A stretch of DNA of 64,000 bases from Marsupella aquatica (Eukaryota; Plantae; Marchantiophyta), in NCBI GenBank assembly GCA_973895155.1, contig OZ316898.1:15530330-15594329 (forward strand), given 5' to 3'. Below, one piece after another: positions 49,654 to 62,399 of the stretch. The notes under the pieces were generated by a model that ran no database searches, had not been told where the DNA came from, and saw only the letters and a program-made list of their open reading frames with translations. The position numbers were made by a program, and so were the translations under genes. Positions within the stretch are counted from its first letter, which is position 1, and each line of letters begins with the position of its first letter.

Positions 49654-51664
49654 CTAGAATGGGCCCTTACTACTCCTCTTTTTGGTCCGGGCCCTCTCCC
49701 CTCCTCGACGGGTCACAGCCACCCGAGTGGGCTCCGGCTCCGGCTCCGGCTCTACCTCCTCTGTATCCTCCTTTGGGCCACCATCCTCCTGCCCCTCCTC
49801 GTCCTCCTCGTCCTCATCCTCATCCCCTGGCTCAGGTGCTGATCCACCTCTAGGACGTGAAGTACTACCACCTCCAGAGGATGTAACCTGCCTGCTACTA
49901 CGATGACTATGACTACTACGCTCATCCACGTCGTTGTTGCTAACATCAGAGCCTGGCTCCTCAGCCCCCTCCGCATCCGTCTCATCGTCATCCCTGCTTG
50001 AAGCACGCAATTAGGAGAGGTCACCAATAAAAGAAGGAAAACTTAATAAAACCTTGCATAATGAAGACATGCACACAATTTAGAAAATTAAAGTGTTGAG
50101 ACTTACACTAGCCAATGCTGCATACGTGATCTCAAAGAGATGTTTTGCCCCAAACTTTGCCCCTACCTTCATCTCTTCAGGGGTGATTTTGCGGTGGTAC
50201 CTCTTATACTATCAAAGGCCACAATTTAACCAACCCACGTAATTCAGCCTAAAGTGACCCAAATGAATGCACATAATTCAAACCCCACACAAGACTTGAA
50301 CACTTAAGAAAAATTTCAAAAAAATTTGAATTTGTGAATCGATGTACTTCGCAAAATGCAAAGCTCCATCAGTTGCAAAGCTGTTGCGATATTTTTTGCG
50401 AAGCGGACTTCATCGCAAATTAAAGCCTTTGCAAAGCCTTCAGCAAAAATGTTCATGATTGGCTTTGCGAAGCAATCCGCTTCGCAAGAGCTTCGCAAAG
50501 CCTGTTATGCAACAAATTTTAAAAAAGGTACCTTGTGCGTGTCAGAGCATATTAGGGCAAGGCAAAAGCAAGAGGATAGGAAAGAGGTTGGGGCATTGCA
50601 CATCACAATACATTGGGGAAAGAGGCCAAGTAGTAGGGAAAGAGGAGGACACTCACAAAGGCTGCCTTTAGGCCGGGGAGTCCACCTTGCCCCATTCTGT
50701 GAGTGACCTTGGAACGGCTGGTCACTCGTGCAGCAGCTTGGGAGAACTTCTTGGGTGGCTGACCCTCTTTGTCCACAATTTGCTGCATGAGTTCTACTTG
50801 CTGCTCCAAGGGCTTCAGATCGCGGGTTGTCTTCCCGGCCTCCTTTGCTTGGGTGAGCTTGTCTAACTTCTCCTTTGCTGCTTGCAGGTTCTTGCTGGCC
50901 CTGATTTGCACCTCAACCTGATAGAAGGCCTTCCACATGTCTTTTGAGAATTGCAGAGGCCTCTTCAACCTCCTATAGTCCTCAAGCTCCTTCAGGTAGG
51001 CCCTAATCTTCTTCCTGTCATGATATCGAGCCTGAGACATTGAATTTGAAATTCTGTCTATAATCCATGTTTCATCCAGGTCTGGTTCATTTTGAAATGC
51101 ATCTTTGACTTGTGTGGTCACTCTCTTCTGATCCTCCTTGGAAATCTTTCCCCATTCAACACCTCTGGGGAAGTTAGTGGCCACAATGTGCTTTATGGTG
51201 CTCTTAGCCCCTGTGTAAGCAAGCTCCGAAGGAATGCCATGGGCCTCTAGAAGAAGAATAGGGAGCTTCTTTCGCTCCTCCTCCTTCTTTCGCTGCTCCT
51301 CCTTCTTCCGCTGCTCCTCCCTGCTCTTTCAAATCTCATCTCTCTCCTCCTTTCTTCTCTTCTTCTCTAGGGCCTAAGGAGAGAGGACTCCTGCCTTGGC
51401 CCTCTCCTCCTTCTTCCTCTTCTTTGCTTTTCCCTTCTCTTCAGCTGCCTTCCTTGCTTCCTCATCTCTCGCAGCCTGCCCTGCTACCAGTCCAATTTGC
51501 AAAGCTTGCCCCAAGATTGCAGTCAAGGAGGCCATCCCTGCAAGAGTACTCAAATCCAAGGTACTCAACAGGGCAGCCGTCACATGCTGAGATACCATGG
51601 CAGTCAATCTATTCCTCTCCTCCTCTCCATTGTCCCCGCTGCCATTGCCACTACCTGATGCCAT
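49654..51664 (-). pseudogene. CACTA accessory TnpA/Ptta (Transposase_24)-like gene, 3 exons (51664-50657, 50208-50107, ~50012-49654)
   Basis: VEWGKISKEDQK, RPLQFSKDMWKAF, SKVTHRMGQGG (HxxGxxG); GT-AG introns; acidic C-terminus; premature stop at 51374. Confidence 0.65.
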
Positions 51665-52269
51665 AGCTCCTCACCCAAGACACCTTGAACCCTCTCTCCC
51701 TTTTTCCAATGCCCTTCACCTCGCTCCCTCCCTTGCACTTTGATCGTGCCGCGAGCGCTAATGAGCCCCGGCCCGCCCCTTTCGGATTTCAAATCGCGTA
51801 AAAACAAACATTGCAAAGCTTCCCGCATTGCAATTTGAGAACCCACGAGCTTCGCAAACACCTTCTCAAAGTTGCAAAGATGTTGCGAAGCTATTAGTAT
51901 TGCAACAACATTGCAACTTACTTTAAATTGAATTTGCGAAGCATTTGCGAAGCGTTTGCGAAGCGGATAGTATCACATTCTAATGTTTTAATTGCGATGA
52001 TGTTTGCGAAGCATCAGGCTTTGGTATAACTTGGCAAACCGAGTGCCACATTTCCACAAGTGCCCATTTTGCATTTTTGGTAAGGTTTATTGCCACACCC
52101 CTATCACTCACTTGTTATGGATGGTTTGTTGAATGTTTAAGGATTTTTTGGACGAGATGATTTGTATGCATATATGCAAGTTTTTGGGGTTTTGGGTATG
52201 AGTAATTAACTAAGATGAGTGCTCATTACATTTTTTATTGTAAAGTAGTCTAGGTTGTTAGATAGTTTA

Positions 52270-52800
52270 AATGATTAAGAGGGGTTTGGGTTATTGTTTG
52301 TAGGTTTGGAAGGGTTTAACATATTACATTAATTGGTTTTGGAGGGGAATGAGGTTTTAAGATGGGTTAGATAATTAGAAGGGGTTTAGGTTGGTTGTTT
52401 GGACATATGATAGAGAAGGGAGGGCAAACACAAATTTATTAGGAGGGGTTTGTGGTGTTGGGGTTTAGGGATGACATAAGTAATTAGCTAGGAGGTGTTT
52501 GGGGTTTAGGGAATGATGAGATAAGTAATTTACTAGGAGGGGTTTGAGGTTTTCAAACAGGATAAGTAATTAAGAGGGGTTTGGGGTTTAGGGAATGATG
52601 AGATAAGTAATTAGGAGGGGTGTTGGGGTTTAGGGATGAGATAAGTAATTTACTAGGAGGGGTTTGGGGTTTTCAAACAAGATAAGTAATTAAGAGGGGT
52701 TTGGGGTTTAGGGAATGATGAGATAAGTAATTAGGAGGGGTGTTGGGGTTGTTACTAGGGGTTTAGGGGTTGAACACAACTTTACTAATTAGAAGGGGTT
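52270..52800. repeat. G-rich tandem array (~120-bp higher-order unit) with telobox-like GGGTTTAGGG motifs
   Basis: GGAGGGGTTTGGGGTTTAGGGAATGATGAGATAAGTAATT repeated, between the divergent CACTA genes. Confidence 0.8.
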
Positions 52801-53312
52801 TGGTTTGTAAGGCAGGTTTATTTCAAAGTTGGTATGACTTTTGGATTAGGCTACAAAATTTTATGCTAACAAATTAAGGTTGGTTTTCTAAATGCCACCC
52901 AGTTCAGGGTTATTTAGGTTTTCAACATCGTACAGTAAATAATGCTTATGCATTGCGAGAGTCTGGGCATCTGAAAGGTACAAGGGCAATAATTATGCAA
53001 TTTCTTTCTTACATAATACTCTTTGTTGTCAATGTATTTTTAGGGGACCTATATTGTTCAATCCCTTTTAAGGTTGTATAGGGTATAACAAGTTCAAGTT
53101 CACTTGTTGGTTTGCAGTTTTTCCCTCTTACTTTTGGATTGGGCTCATTTACTCTGAGCCACAAGACCTATAGGCATTGTTGAGCCTAGATCTCATAAAG
53201 GTACTTCTTCACCTTTTGTCAATTTGGGTTTGGTTTTAAAAACCAATTTAGAGTTGTTAATTTCTTGCCCCTCTTCCTAATTACCGTTTTGCAATTAACC
53301 CATGCAGTGGCC

Positions 53313-53564
53313 ATGTCATCAAGTTCTGAGTTGTCATCAAGTTCTGAGTTGTCATCCACGGACTCATCCTCCTTTGATGAAGAGGATCCACCTCCTCCAC
53401 AACCTCCAACAGCTGTACAACCTCCTCGTGGTCCACCCCGCCAGCTTTGTGTGTGTACCCAATGCATGGGTCAGGTCTCCCAGAAATCTTATGTATGTGC
53501 TGAACATATAGAGAGATATGGGCACCATGTACGAGGTCATTCTGGAGCTTCTTCCTCCCATATG
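53313..53564 (+). CDS. CACTA exon 1: transposase-associated Zn domain (Transpos_assoc-like)
   Basis: LCVCTQC.........EHIERYG; phase-0 donor ATG|GTGAGT at 53564/53565. Confidence 0.75.
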
Positions 53565-53682
53565 GTGAGTTTCCAAAACTGTATGGCTAGCTTCTTCATT
53601 TAGGGAAGCATCTTTTACGTTTTTAAGGTAGAGAGTACATTGTATTTTTTGTTAATTTATTTGGTTTTGTTGGAATATATAG

Positions 53683-54504
53683 GTATCCAATAGGCCTAGA
53701 CCTGCAACACCAGCACCATATGTACCATCATAGGCAGTTGTAGATGCTATAGGCCAAGCCTTTTCATGTGTCTTCAATGGTCTAAGGGTAGGGGCTACCA
53801 ATGTTGAAGGGCAAGTTGAGGAAGAGCCAGTAGTCCCAAGAGGGAGAAATCGGTCAAAGAGGAGGCCAAGAGGGGCCACCGATGCATATAAGTGTGTGGT
53901 TGAGGGTAGGTGGGGTAATTGTGGGTTCACAGGAAGATGTGTTCCTATTATCAAGGATTGGGATCCTACAACTCTTGGGTTGCCAAACAATCTGGCCTAT
54001 GGTGAGGAGGTAGAAGTTTGGGGGAGACGTTGGGTTGTCAAACCCTCCACACTTGGAGACAGACATGGGTATGGAGTTTTTGCTTGTGAGGACATCATAG
54101 TGGACTATGAGGTTGGTATAGGTGGCCGTAGTGTAGAGGGACCTACTTTGTTTCCATATGGTGGACCCATCTACAAGAAGAGGCACTTGAACATGATCCT
54201 CACACAACACCCTGAGTGGAAGACATATGCATTGGAGATGGATACTCATGAGGCCAACACTAGGTGCTATAGTGATCAGCGAGTGATAGATGGGGACCCA
54301 ATACGAACTGGAAATATTGCTGGTTTTATTAATAGTACCGTGGGGTCTCGGCCTAAGCGTAGGCGGAACTGTGAGTGGGTATTCATTGAGGGTCCGCCAC
54401 CGGCACCATATGGTCAAAGTTATCATCATGACCATTGTCTAGTTGTAGCTACCAGACCCATTTTAGCTGGTGATGAGTTGTTTACTCACTATGAGTGGGA
54501 TTAG
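53683..54504 (+). CDS. SET-domain (lysine methyltransferase-like) terminal exon inside the CACTA element; one in-frame TAG at 53731
   Basis: VKPSTLG..HGYGVFA (I), FPYGG (II), IDG....GNIAGFINS...NC (III), VVATRPILAGDELFTHY (IV). Confidence 0.88.
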
Positions 54505-54672
54505 GGCTAGGGTGGCTAAGTTGGAATATATTTGTAGAGTGTGACACCATTATATATATATGGCGTTTGCCCGCATTTTGTATTTATTATTCATTGCCCA
54601 TCATTTGTGCATTTTGAATATGTATTTTTTGTTGTGAGTCTAAAATAGATTGAACGTGAATTTTTTTCATAG

Positions 54673-57600
54673 AATGTGCGCCCCTCTCAAAAGATGTTAC
54701 CACGGAGGTTGAGGGCAACATATGAGCAAATGGGTATGCCATCAAAAGGGCAAGGGTCACCGCCTGGTTCATCATCAAGTGAAGATGATACCCATAGCGT
54801 TGAGGATGTGCCACAACAAAGGGATGATGAGGCCATGGAGCCCCAAGACAGAGCCATGGATGAGTTCATGGTAGATTGGTTTGGAGCTGACCCGACATAT
54901 GAAGTGGAAGACCTTGTACATGAAGAACATGCCACATCCAATGACCCACGGCCACGACATACACCAGAGGGACAACGCCAATGGGAGGAAGCAGAGAACC
55001 ATGCCCAAACACCTATCTATGAGGGTGCACGATTGAGTAGACTTTTAGCAATCTTGGGGTTGTTGAATCTTCAGGCCAAACATAAGGCCAACAATGCCTT
55101 ACTATTAGATATGTTTGCATTTTGCCATGAATTCATGTTACCCAGTGAGAACAATTTTCCAGGAACTTGGAAGGAGGCAAAGAGTGTGTTGTCATCCATT
55201 GGCATGGAATATCATATCATTCATGCATGTGTGCATGATTGCATGTTATTTCATGGGATTACTGAAAACCTAACAGAGTGTACAACATGTCATGAGCTTT
55301 GGTATGACCCTAACATGCTGACAAAGAAGGTGGCAAGGAAAGCAGTGAGATGGTTTCCCATCATTCCTCGCTTGTTGCACATGTACCGATGTTCAGACTT
55401 GGCAGAGTTGATGGTATGGCATAAGAATCATCAATCAGATGATGGCATCATGCGATTGCCAGTTGACTCCCCTGCTCACAAGCATGTGGAGGAAACATGG
55501 CCAGAATTTGCACATGATCCTCGCCATGTGAGATTGGGATTGGCATCAGATGGAGTTAGCCCTCATTCCCTTGGAGGCAAGGGGCGACCTACATCAGTTT
55601 GGCCTGTGGTTGTCATGAATTATAACCTTCCACCATGGTTATCTATGAAGAAGGGTTTCCTATTGTTGTCATTGATTATCCCTGGTCCAAAGAAGGTGAA
55701 TAACTTTGACACCTACTTGGCATTGTTGGTTGAGGAACTCAAGAAACTATGGGATGGAGTTTGGGCATACGACGGCCGGAAAACTACAGGAAGGTTTCCA
55801 CGTGTCTTCAAGTTGAGAGGAATCATGTTATGGACCATGCATGACTATCCAGGTAATACAAGTTCTCATACACAACCCTTGAGTATGCCATATATGATAA
55901 TGTAGTCAAAGTTTAGGCTTTTTTCATGTGACAACCTAACACATGTATTTTTTTGTAAGCAGGGTTTGGCTTTGTCTCGGGGTTGCAAACTCAGGGATAT
56001 AAGGCTTGCTCCACTTGTGGCCCAAGCTTTGAGGACATGGCCAAATATTGTGCATGGCTTAGAAAAATTGTTTACATTGGGCATACAAAGTTTCTTCCAA
56101 TGGGGCATGACATGAGGTCTGACCCACTTTTATTCTCCTCCTTTGACATGCCCCTTGGTGATGAGCGTGAAAAACCTGATGCAACCAGTTTTGCATATTG
56201 GAAGTTGCTAGGAGATAGGGTGGCAGACCCACTTGATATCCTCACCTTTGATGGGACCGGCTTAACACGTTGGAGTATACTAGCCACTTTGCCTTATTGG
56301 TCTGAGTTGAAGATCCGTCATTTGTTAGACCCCATGCACATAGAAGAAAATGTGGGGAAGGCATTGATTAAGGCTTTCTATGGGGAGAAAGAGACTAATT
56401 TCAGGGAGGCATGTGAGGATTTGGAAATGCATCCAAATGTATGGGTAACAGTTGATCCTATTACAGGTATAGAGCATCGTCCTTTTGCTCCTTGGGTGCT
56501 CAGTGTTGGTCAAAGACAGGAGTTTTGGAATCGTATAGGAGAGATGCGATTTCCTACAGGATATGGAGCCAATCTTTGAAAGGCTTTTGGGATGGAGGAC
56601 AATCACAAGTGGCCACGATATCTCAAGACACATGACTATCACCATTTATTGCAACATATATTGCCAGTGGCAATCATAGGTCTTGGCAGTGAAGAAGTGC
56701 AAGATGCCATTTGGTCATTGGGTCGTTTGTTGAGATGGATATGCTCAAAGGAGATCCCTAGGATGGAGATATTGGTAGCTGAGGTGGTGTGCAAGTTGGA
56801 GAAGGCCCTCCCTCCCTCCTTCTTTGATTGTCAAGTTCACTTACTTGTGCATCTGTGCGTGAGGTTGCTATTGCTGGTCCAGTGCATTGTCGATGGATGT
56901 ATTGGTTGGAGCGATACATGGCTGTATTGAAGGCTTATGTACGTAATCATGCACGGGTGGAGGGGAGCATAGCTACAGGATATTTGACAACGGAGAGCAT
57001 GTTTTATTTTAATAACATCTTGGCCACAATTGATCCTACTTGCCCACGTACTTGGATGGAGGAGAGGGATGTGGAGGAGGACCGTTTAACTGGAGCCAAA
57101 AAGACACGCATGTTGACATCAACAGAGTGGTCATAGTTGACAACATTCATGTTGAATAACAGCAATGTCATGGATGAATGGAGGGAGTTTTATGAGAATG
57201 CCAAAAGTATGAGTACAAGGGCAAGGATTTTTCCTAAATTGCATGACTATATGAAGCTGAAGTTGGTTGAGTTGGATAACATGGTGGCACAAGGAGGAGA
57301 TGTATCAGACTTTCTGGGTATCACGGATGATGTGCGGAGCATTGTTCATGGCCCTTTGAGAGAAATAACATCTCGGACGACAATGTGGACACAAGGGACT
57401 CAAGCATTTCAGGTCCCACTAGTACCTAACCTTGTTGCCATTACAATTATAGTGTTCATTTATCTATATTGACCTTGGGGGTGTTAATCCCCATTTATTT
57501 TGAGCTTTTTTTCATTGGGGTCTATACCTTTAATGCTTTGTTTCTCACTTCTCTTTTGAACATTATTATGATTTTTGTCTTTTCCTTTCCCTCTTACTTT

Positions 57601-57799
57601 TGGTTTTGTTAATTTCAGGATTTCTTCCCTTGATGAGAAGAGAGGCCGTACCTTTGATTGTGGAGTTCAAGGCCAGTTCTCTCAAGACTCCCGAAGTAGT
57701 CGCCATGACAGGAATATTGTTTGAGATGTGGTGCCACACTATGGAAAGATAGAGGAGATCTTGGTGGTATCATATGACACCCATTCAAAGTTTGAGGAG
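54673..57799 (+). pseudogene. CACTA TnpD/Tnp2 transposase (Transposase_21 plus DUF4218), disrupted and 3'-truncated
   Basis: IHACVHDCMLF, RLGLASDGVSP, SVWPV..YNLPPW, HDYPG, LDPMHIEENV, LKTHDYH, PPSFFD, GPVHCRWMYWLER; intron 55853-55962. Confidence 0.95.
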
Positions 57800-59015
57800 C
57801 GAGTTACTCTTCGACTTGAAACACAACTGAAATACGATGACTCTGAGGACTGGGAATGGTTTGGCGACCCAGATCCCATTTTGATATACTCTCCCAACTA
57901 CGATGCGGAGATTTTTCCCGTTCGTTTTGTACGAGAGTTTGTTTAGGAGTTCGTACGCTTAATCGTGCGGATTCTCCTTACACGCATCCCTCAACAACAC
58001 CAACGCAAATGAGAAGAATCTACCTCAGCAGGAACAATTCCAAAGGAAGCAAAGTACCCTAAATGTATGACAACTGGACCTCTGGCGACATGTGAGTCGG
58101 GGGACGTTGGACACCTAGAGCGAAATGCACCGTTGATTAAATCTGGGACTGACCAGTAGACCTCAAAGTGCGTAAAAAGGTATCTGTTTAAGTTACCGTT
58201 GACCTAATACCTCCATAAATATTATACTCGAATCGACTAAAATGTCCGTTGAAGTTCCCGTTGAAGAGCGAGTCGTTATTAGATAGCGCCCGACGCTATC
58301 ATTGGCGTCCGTTGTGAAGGTTCCTTGAATCTATCATGAACATCATATTTGTTCAAGAAATTGTATTTTAGCATATAAGTTTTTACTAGCGTTAGGTGCT
58401 AGTAAAATATTACAGTCTAGAACCTTCAAAATTTGACTCGAAGTTTTGTTAGCGCCTGGCGCTATCATAGGGATATGTCGTTATGGTATCTTTATCCTCT
58501 CATATATAACACGGAAGATAATATTCCTTTGAGAATAGAACATTTCTTTTCGAATAGTTTACTAGCGCCGGGCGCTAATAAACATTAACTTGATAACCGT
58601 TAAAGTTACCGTTTGATTATCGAGTACTCCTTTGATAGCGCCTGGCGCTAGCATTGGGAGTTACCGTTACGGACCAGATATGCATGATACATATTTGCTA
58701 GCGCCTGGCGCTATCAAAGGGAATTTGGACAATTGTGTCATCTGAGATGATGCTTGTCAAACCATACATTACTATGTGCATATGGAGCCTGAAGTTTTCA
58801 TCTCACTTACTTAGCGGCAGGCGCTATTATTTGTGTGCCTTGAAATTTATGTTCAAATTTTGATCAATAAGCTTTTCTTGGTAGGTGCTGACATGTGTAA
58901 TTCCGTTAGGAAACGACAAGCATTCATTGCTAATAGGTCACTTTGTCGTATTTGTAACGGTTTTATTCGGCACAAATGAATTTAGGTGGCCTCACATTTC
59001 TGTACGCCATTTCCA

Positions 59016-62000
59016 ATGGATTCACAAATTGTAATTTCTCGCTGTCCGCCTGGCGACCTTGTGACAATCCTTCTCGCCGATCCTAAGAAAAATGATGAAA
59101 TTTCTAAGGAATATCTTGCCACCAGGTTTGGAATTCCTAGGGAAAGCATACAACGAATAGTTATCTCGGGAGAGGAAGTGGTGGTTGATGTTTATTTCAT
59201 TGAAGGAGTTTGGTATTGGAGGTTGTGCGGTGGGGTGAAGTATGACATCGTTAGTTTGGGAAATTTGAGGTACCATCCTCCTCAAAGGGGAAGCTGAAAG
59301 TCAATTTGATTGACCTTTCAGATAGTAGCGATGATGAAGATTTGGCAAAGCTTCGTCTTCCTCAGAACAACGTGAAAGTGGAGATGGTCCATGGGCGGAC
59401 GGCCGATTCAGTTGTGTATCAGAGGAGTGCTCTTGATGCGATTCTACAATCAAAAGGCCAGAGTGAGATCTCTAGATTCATGCGAAGGAATGATTACTGA
59501 TTTGAGCAAGTGTCAAGCTTGCCTGACACGTACAATGGGAATATTGTTTTTGAACTGCCTCCAATTGTTGGAGTTTGCTCAAAAGGTGAACGCCTCCGGG
59601 ACATGGATCGCGGCAAGGACTGCTACTATTGGACTCGGATTGTCACGACTTCCGCAAATGTTCTCCCAAAAAAGGTGTGGGATTTTGGGAAAGTCTTTTG
59701 CACAGGTTCCCTAGAATGTCATAACAATTCATGTCAGTTTTGGGCCGAACATAAAAGGAGGAATGCAAAGTTCTGGGCAAGAGTTCCTAAGATTTTTGGA
59801 CCGCACGTAGTTGGGCAACTCATTCCTGAGGGTGGGATTGTCTGTCATTATTGTTGGGAGCGCCCATTTTGTGTTGAGTCCTGTCCAGCGAGGATGTTCT
59901 ACATGTACGCGTCTTCCAAAGTTGATGTCGAGTCTGCTAAGCATATGTCACGGCTTGCCATTCACATCAGAGATCATAACCATCCGAGCAAGCAAGTTTT
60001 TTCAAGAGAGGCAGAGAAAGTTGCAAAGATGCACATGGAACAAGCTTTGACTTTGAATCCGCGTGCAACTGCGGCGTGTGGAATGGCGGTCTCTACCATT
60101 TGTGTTGGAAGACGGTTTATTTTCGACATTTTTCAAGCATTTGTTATATTCTGGATGCTAAATAGAAGCGACTGCCCTCATTGGCCATTTCTCGACCGAC
60201 GCTTTCAAAAGCATCCGCTCTTACCCGGTGATTTACCCTCGACGCTTTCAGCAGCGTCGACTATTCCCGAGTACTTTAACTCACGACGCCTTCTAAAAGC
60301 GTCCACTCTGACTCGACGCTCAGATGCGTCCATCCACACCCGATGCTTTTAGAAGCGTCCTTCATTTTCTGATACTTAGATTTAGCTTTCGAAATAGATT
60401 ACCAATATAGTAGTATTTTCTCGACCTCTAAGTACTTATGCTGTACTTTCCTCCTACTTAGTTCAAGTTCAACAGGCATAGCTTTTCATATTTCCTTCAT
60501 TTTAGGACCTTAACACTTATAAGACAGAGTAGGATGCTCATTTGAACCAGAGAGAGAGAGAGTTAGAGATAACACTGTATTCAGAATTGGATATTCTGAA
60601 TGGTTCCTCCTCCTTCCATTATAACAAGGCATGTTGAGAGTGCATTGTATGGAAGTAAAGCAACATTTGTTTGAAGTTGTGATTGAATCTCAGAAATTCC
60701 TGTGGTAATTGAATTCAGTTACAAACTTCTGAGGATCGTATTGAATTCACTGCTAGGCTTGCTTGTAGAGTCAAGAATCACTAGCAAATTCAAGAGTAGT
60801 TGTTGATAAATGAGAAGTGAAATTGGATTCTCAGAGTATTCAGTACCGTTGCTTCTTTCTGGAATATGACTTAGAGTTTGACTGAATTGCGCAACGCTGA
60901 TGTCAAACCGTGTTGACGGCATTTTAAGGCATATCATTACATTTGCAACCAAAAAGTTGCTTTGTTTATCAGATTGAGAACTTCATCTTTGTACAATTTT
61001 GTATCTTCAGAAGAAAGATTGATGAGTTGAGAGATTTTAGGCATGTTTATATTGAGACCAAGTCCTTTCTGAAGGTGTGGCAATAATTTACTAGAGTCTC
61101 CAAGACTGGAATCATTTCCTTTCTAGTCTGTAAATCTGATGTTAAGTTACTTTTATATTTTGTTTACTTTATTTTGTTGAGAAGTAAGAAAAGTGTAGAG
61201 CTGTGAGTTCTACATCACTCAAAATGATAAAAATTATTCAATTCATACCAAAATACGTTCTTTAAGGGATCAGAACCTCGGTTTTAAGTGAGAAATTACA
61301 CTTTAATACTTATTGCTATACTACACGGCGGGTATGAAGAACATCGTCACGGGGTCTCTTTTTAAGGCAATGTGTGAGTCGTCAGTTCAAGACATGATCC
61401 CAATAGAAGAGACCGAGATTTTTGAATCTCTTCAAGTCATCTCAACGCCTCAAAAATTTGTGAACCTTCTGAGGAGTATCTGTCAAGACCAGAAAGGAAG
61501 AGGTGAATTGGAATTTCTGGTAAGCATGCAGAAGAACATTTCATTCCCATTTCTGCAAAGGTTCTTTTTGCCAGGACAAGGGTCTCGAGATGAGAGTGCA
61601 CACATTTTCAAGATGTCCACTAAGGGTGAAGGCTGTGGTCTGGATCTTCTTCAAAAGATGAGTCCCGGAGGGACTCTTGAGGGTGTGTGGGTAAGTTTTG
61701 ATATGATGCACCGAATGACAAAGGATTGGCTTACATTTAGTGTACATGTTTATGACCATAACTATCGTGCACTTTGCACGATATTCACTTGCGAGTTGCA
61801 AGCAGAAGATACAAAATTCCTTGAGAGGGCTTGGCGTTTAATGTTGGAGGTGGCTGATAAGAACGGTCTTCACGATGTCCACATTCATGGTTTTATGGCG
61901 GACAATGCTCAAGCTGGTTGGAATGCTGTGAGGAATGTGTTCTTTGGGGGACTTCCTGATCCCGAACATGAGCGATCAGATGCATTTCACTTCTTCGAGT

Positions 62001-62233
62001 CATTTCGGAGACACTCAATTGAAGGCATTCCTGAAGGAAAGCAGAGTGAACATGGTGCCGTATGGGATAGGTTGCGGAATGCAAAGTCATTTATCGAGGC
62101 ATATCATATTTCTAGAGAAATTGATTCTTGGTGGAGGGCAGGGAATTGTTATCCTGGTAAATTACAAATGTTGCAAGGTTGGATTTCATGGTGGGTTGTC
62201 CGCTAGCGCCAATGGGGAAACTTTATTTGATTG
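59016..62233 (+). pseudogene. MULE transposase copy 2, exon 1 (GCM-like plus DDE N-part), split by a solo LTR
   Basis: Close homologue of 43568-45543: FCTGSLEC, CHYC, HNHP, FDMMH, GFMADNAQAGWNAVR; donor TTG|GTAAGT. Confidence 0.88.
60077..61325. mobile_element. Solo LTR (1249 bp)
   Basis: TGTGG...CTACA; 5-bp TSD CGGCG (60072-60076 / 61326-61330); removal restores ATAA|GMKN. Confidence 0.9.
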
Positions 62234-62399
62234 GTAAGTATTCTAAACAATCGTTGGTCAGCGCCTGGCACTACTCATACATGTTCAAAGTGATTACATA
62301 TGCTATTGTTTCTATGTGGTTAGTGGCTAGCGCTTGGCGCTACTCATACAGGTTCAAAGTGATTACATCTGCTATTATTTCTATGTGTTCATTGGCTAG

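Larger units (their letters stand above)
48896..57799. mobile_element. CACTA (En/Spm) DNA transposon, left end intact, right end lost
   Basis: Begins CACTACAACACAAAT; subterminal TTCGCAA/TTGCGAA repeats; TnpD-like and TnpA-like genes; no second TIR in the window. Confidence 0.9.
57800..62399. mobile_element. Mutator-like element copy 2 (internal fragment homologous to ~41617-45650)
   Basis: Colinear similarity to copy 1; 9 palindromes at 58284, 58387, 58450, 58563, 58636, 58699, 58812, 62259, 62328. Confidence 0.88.
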
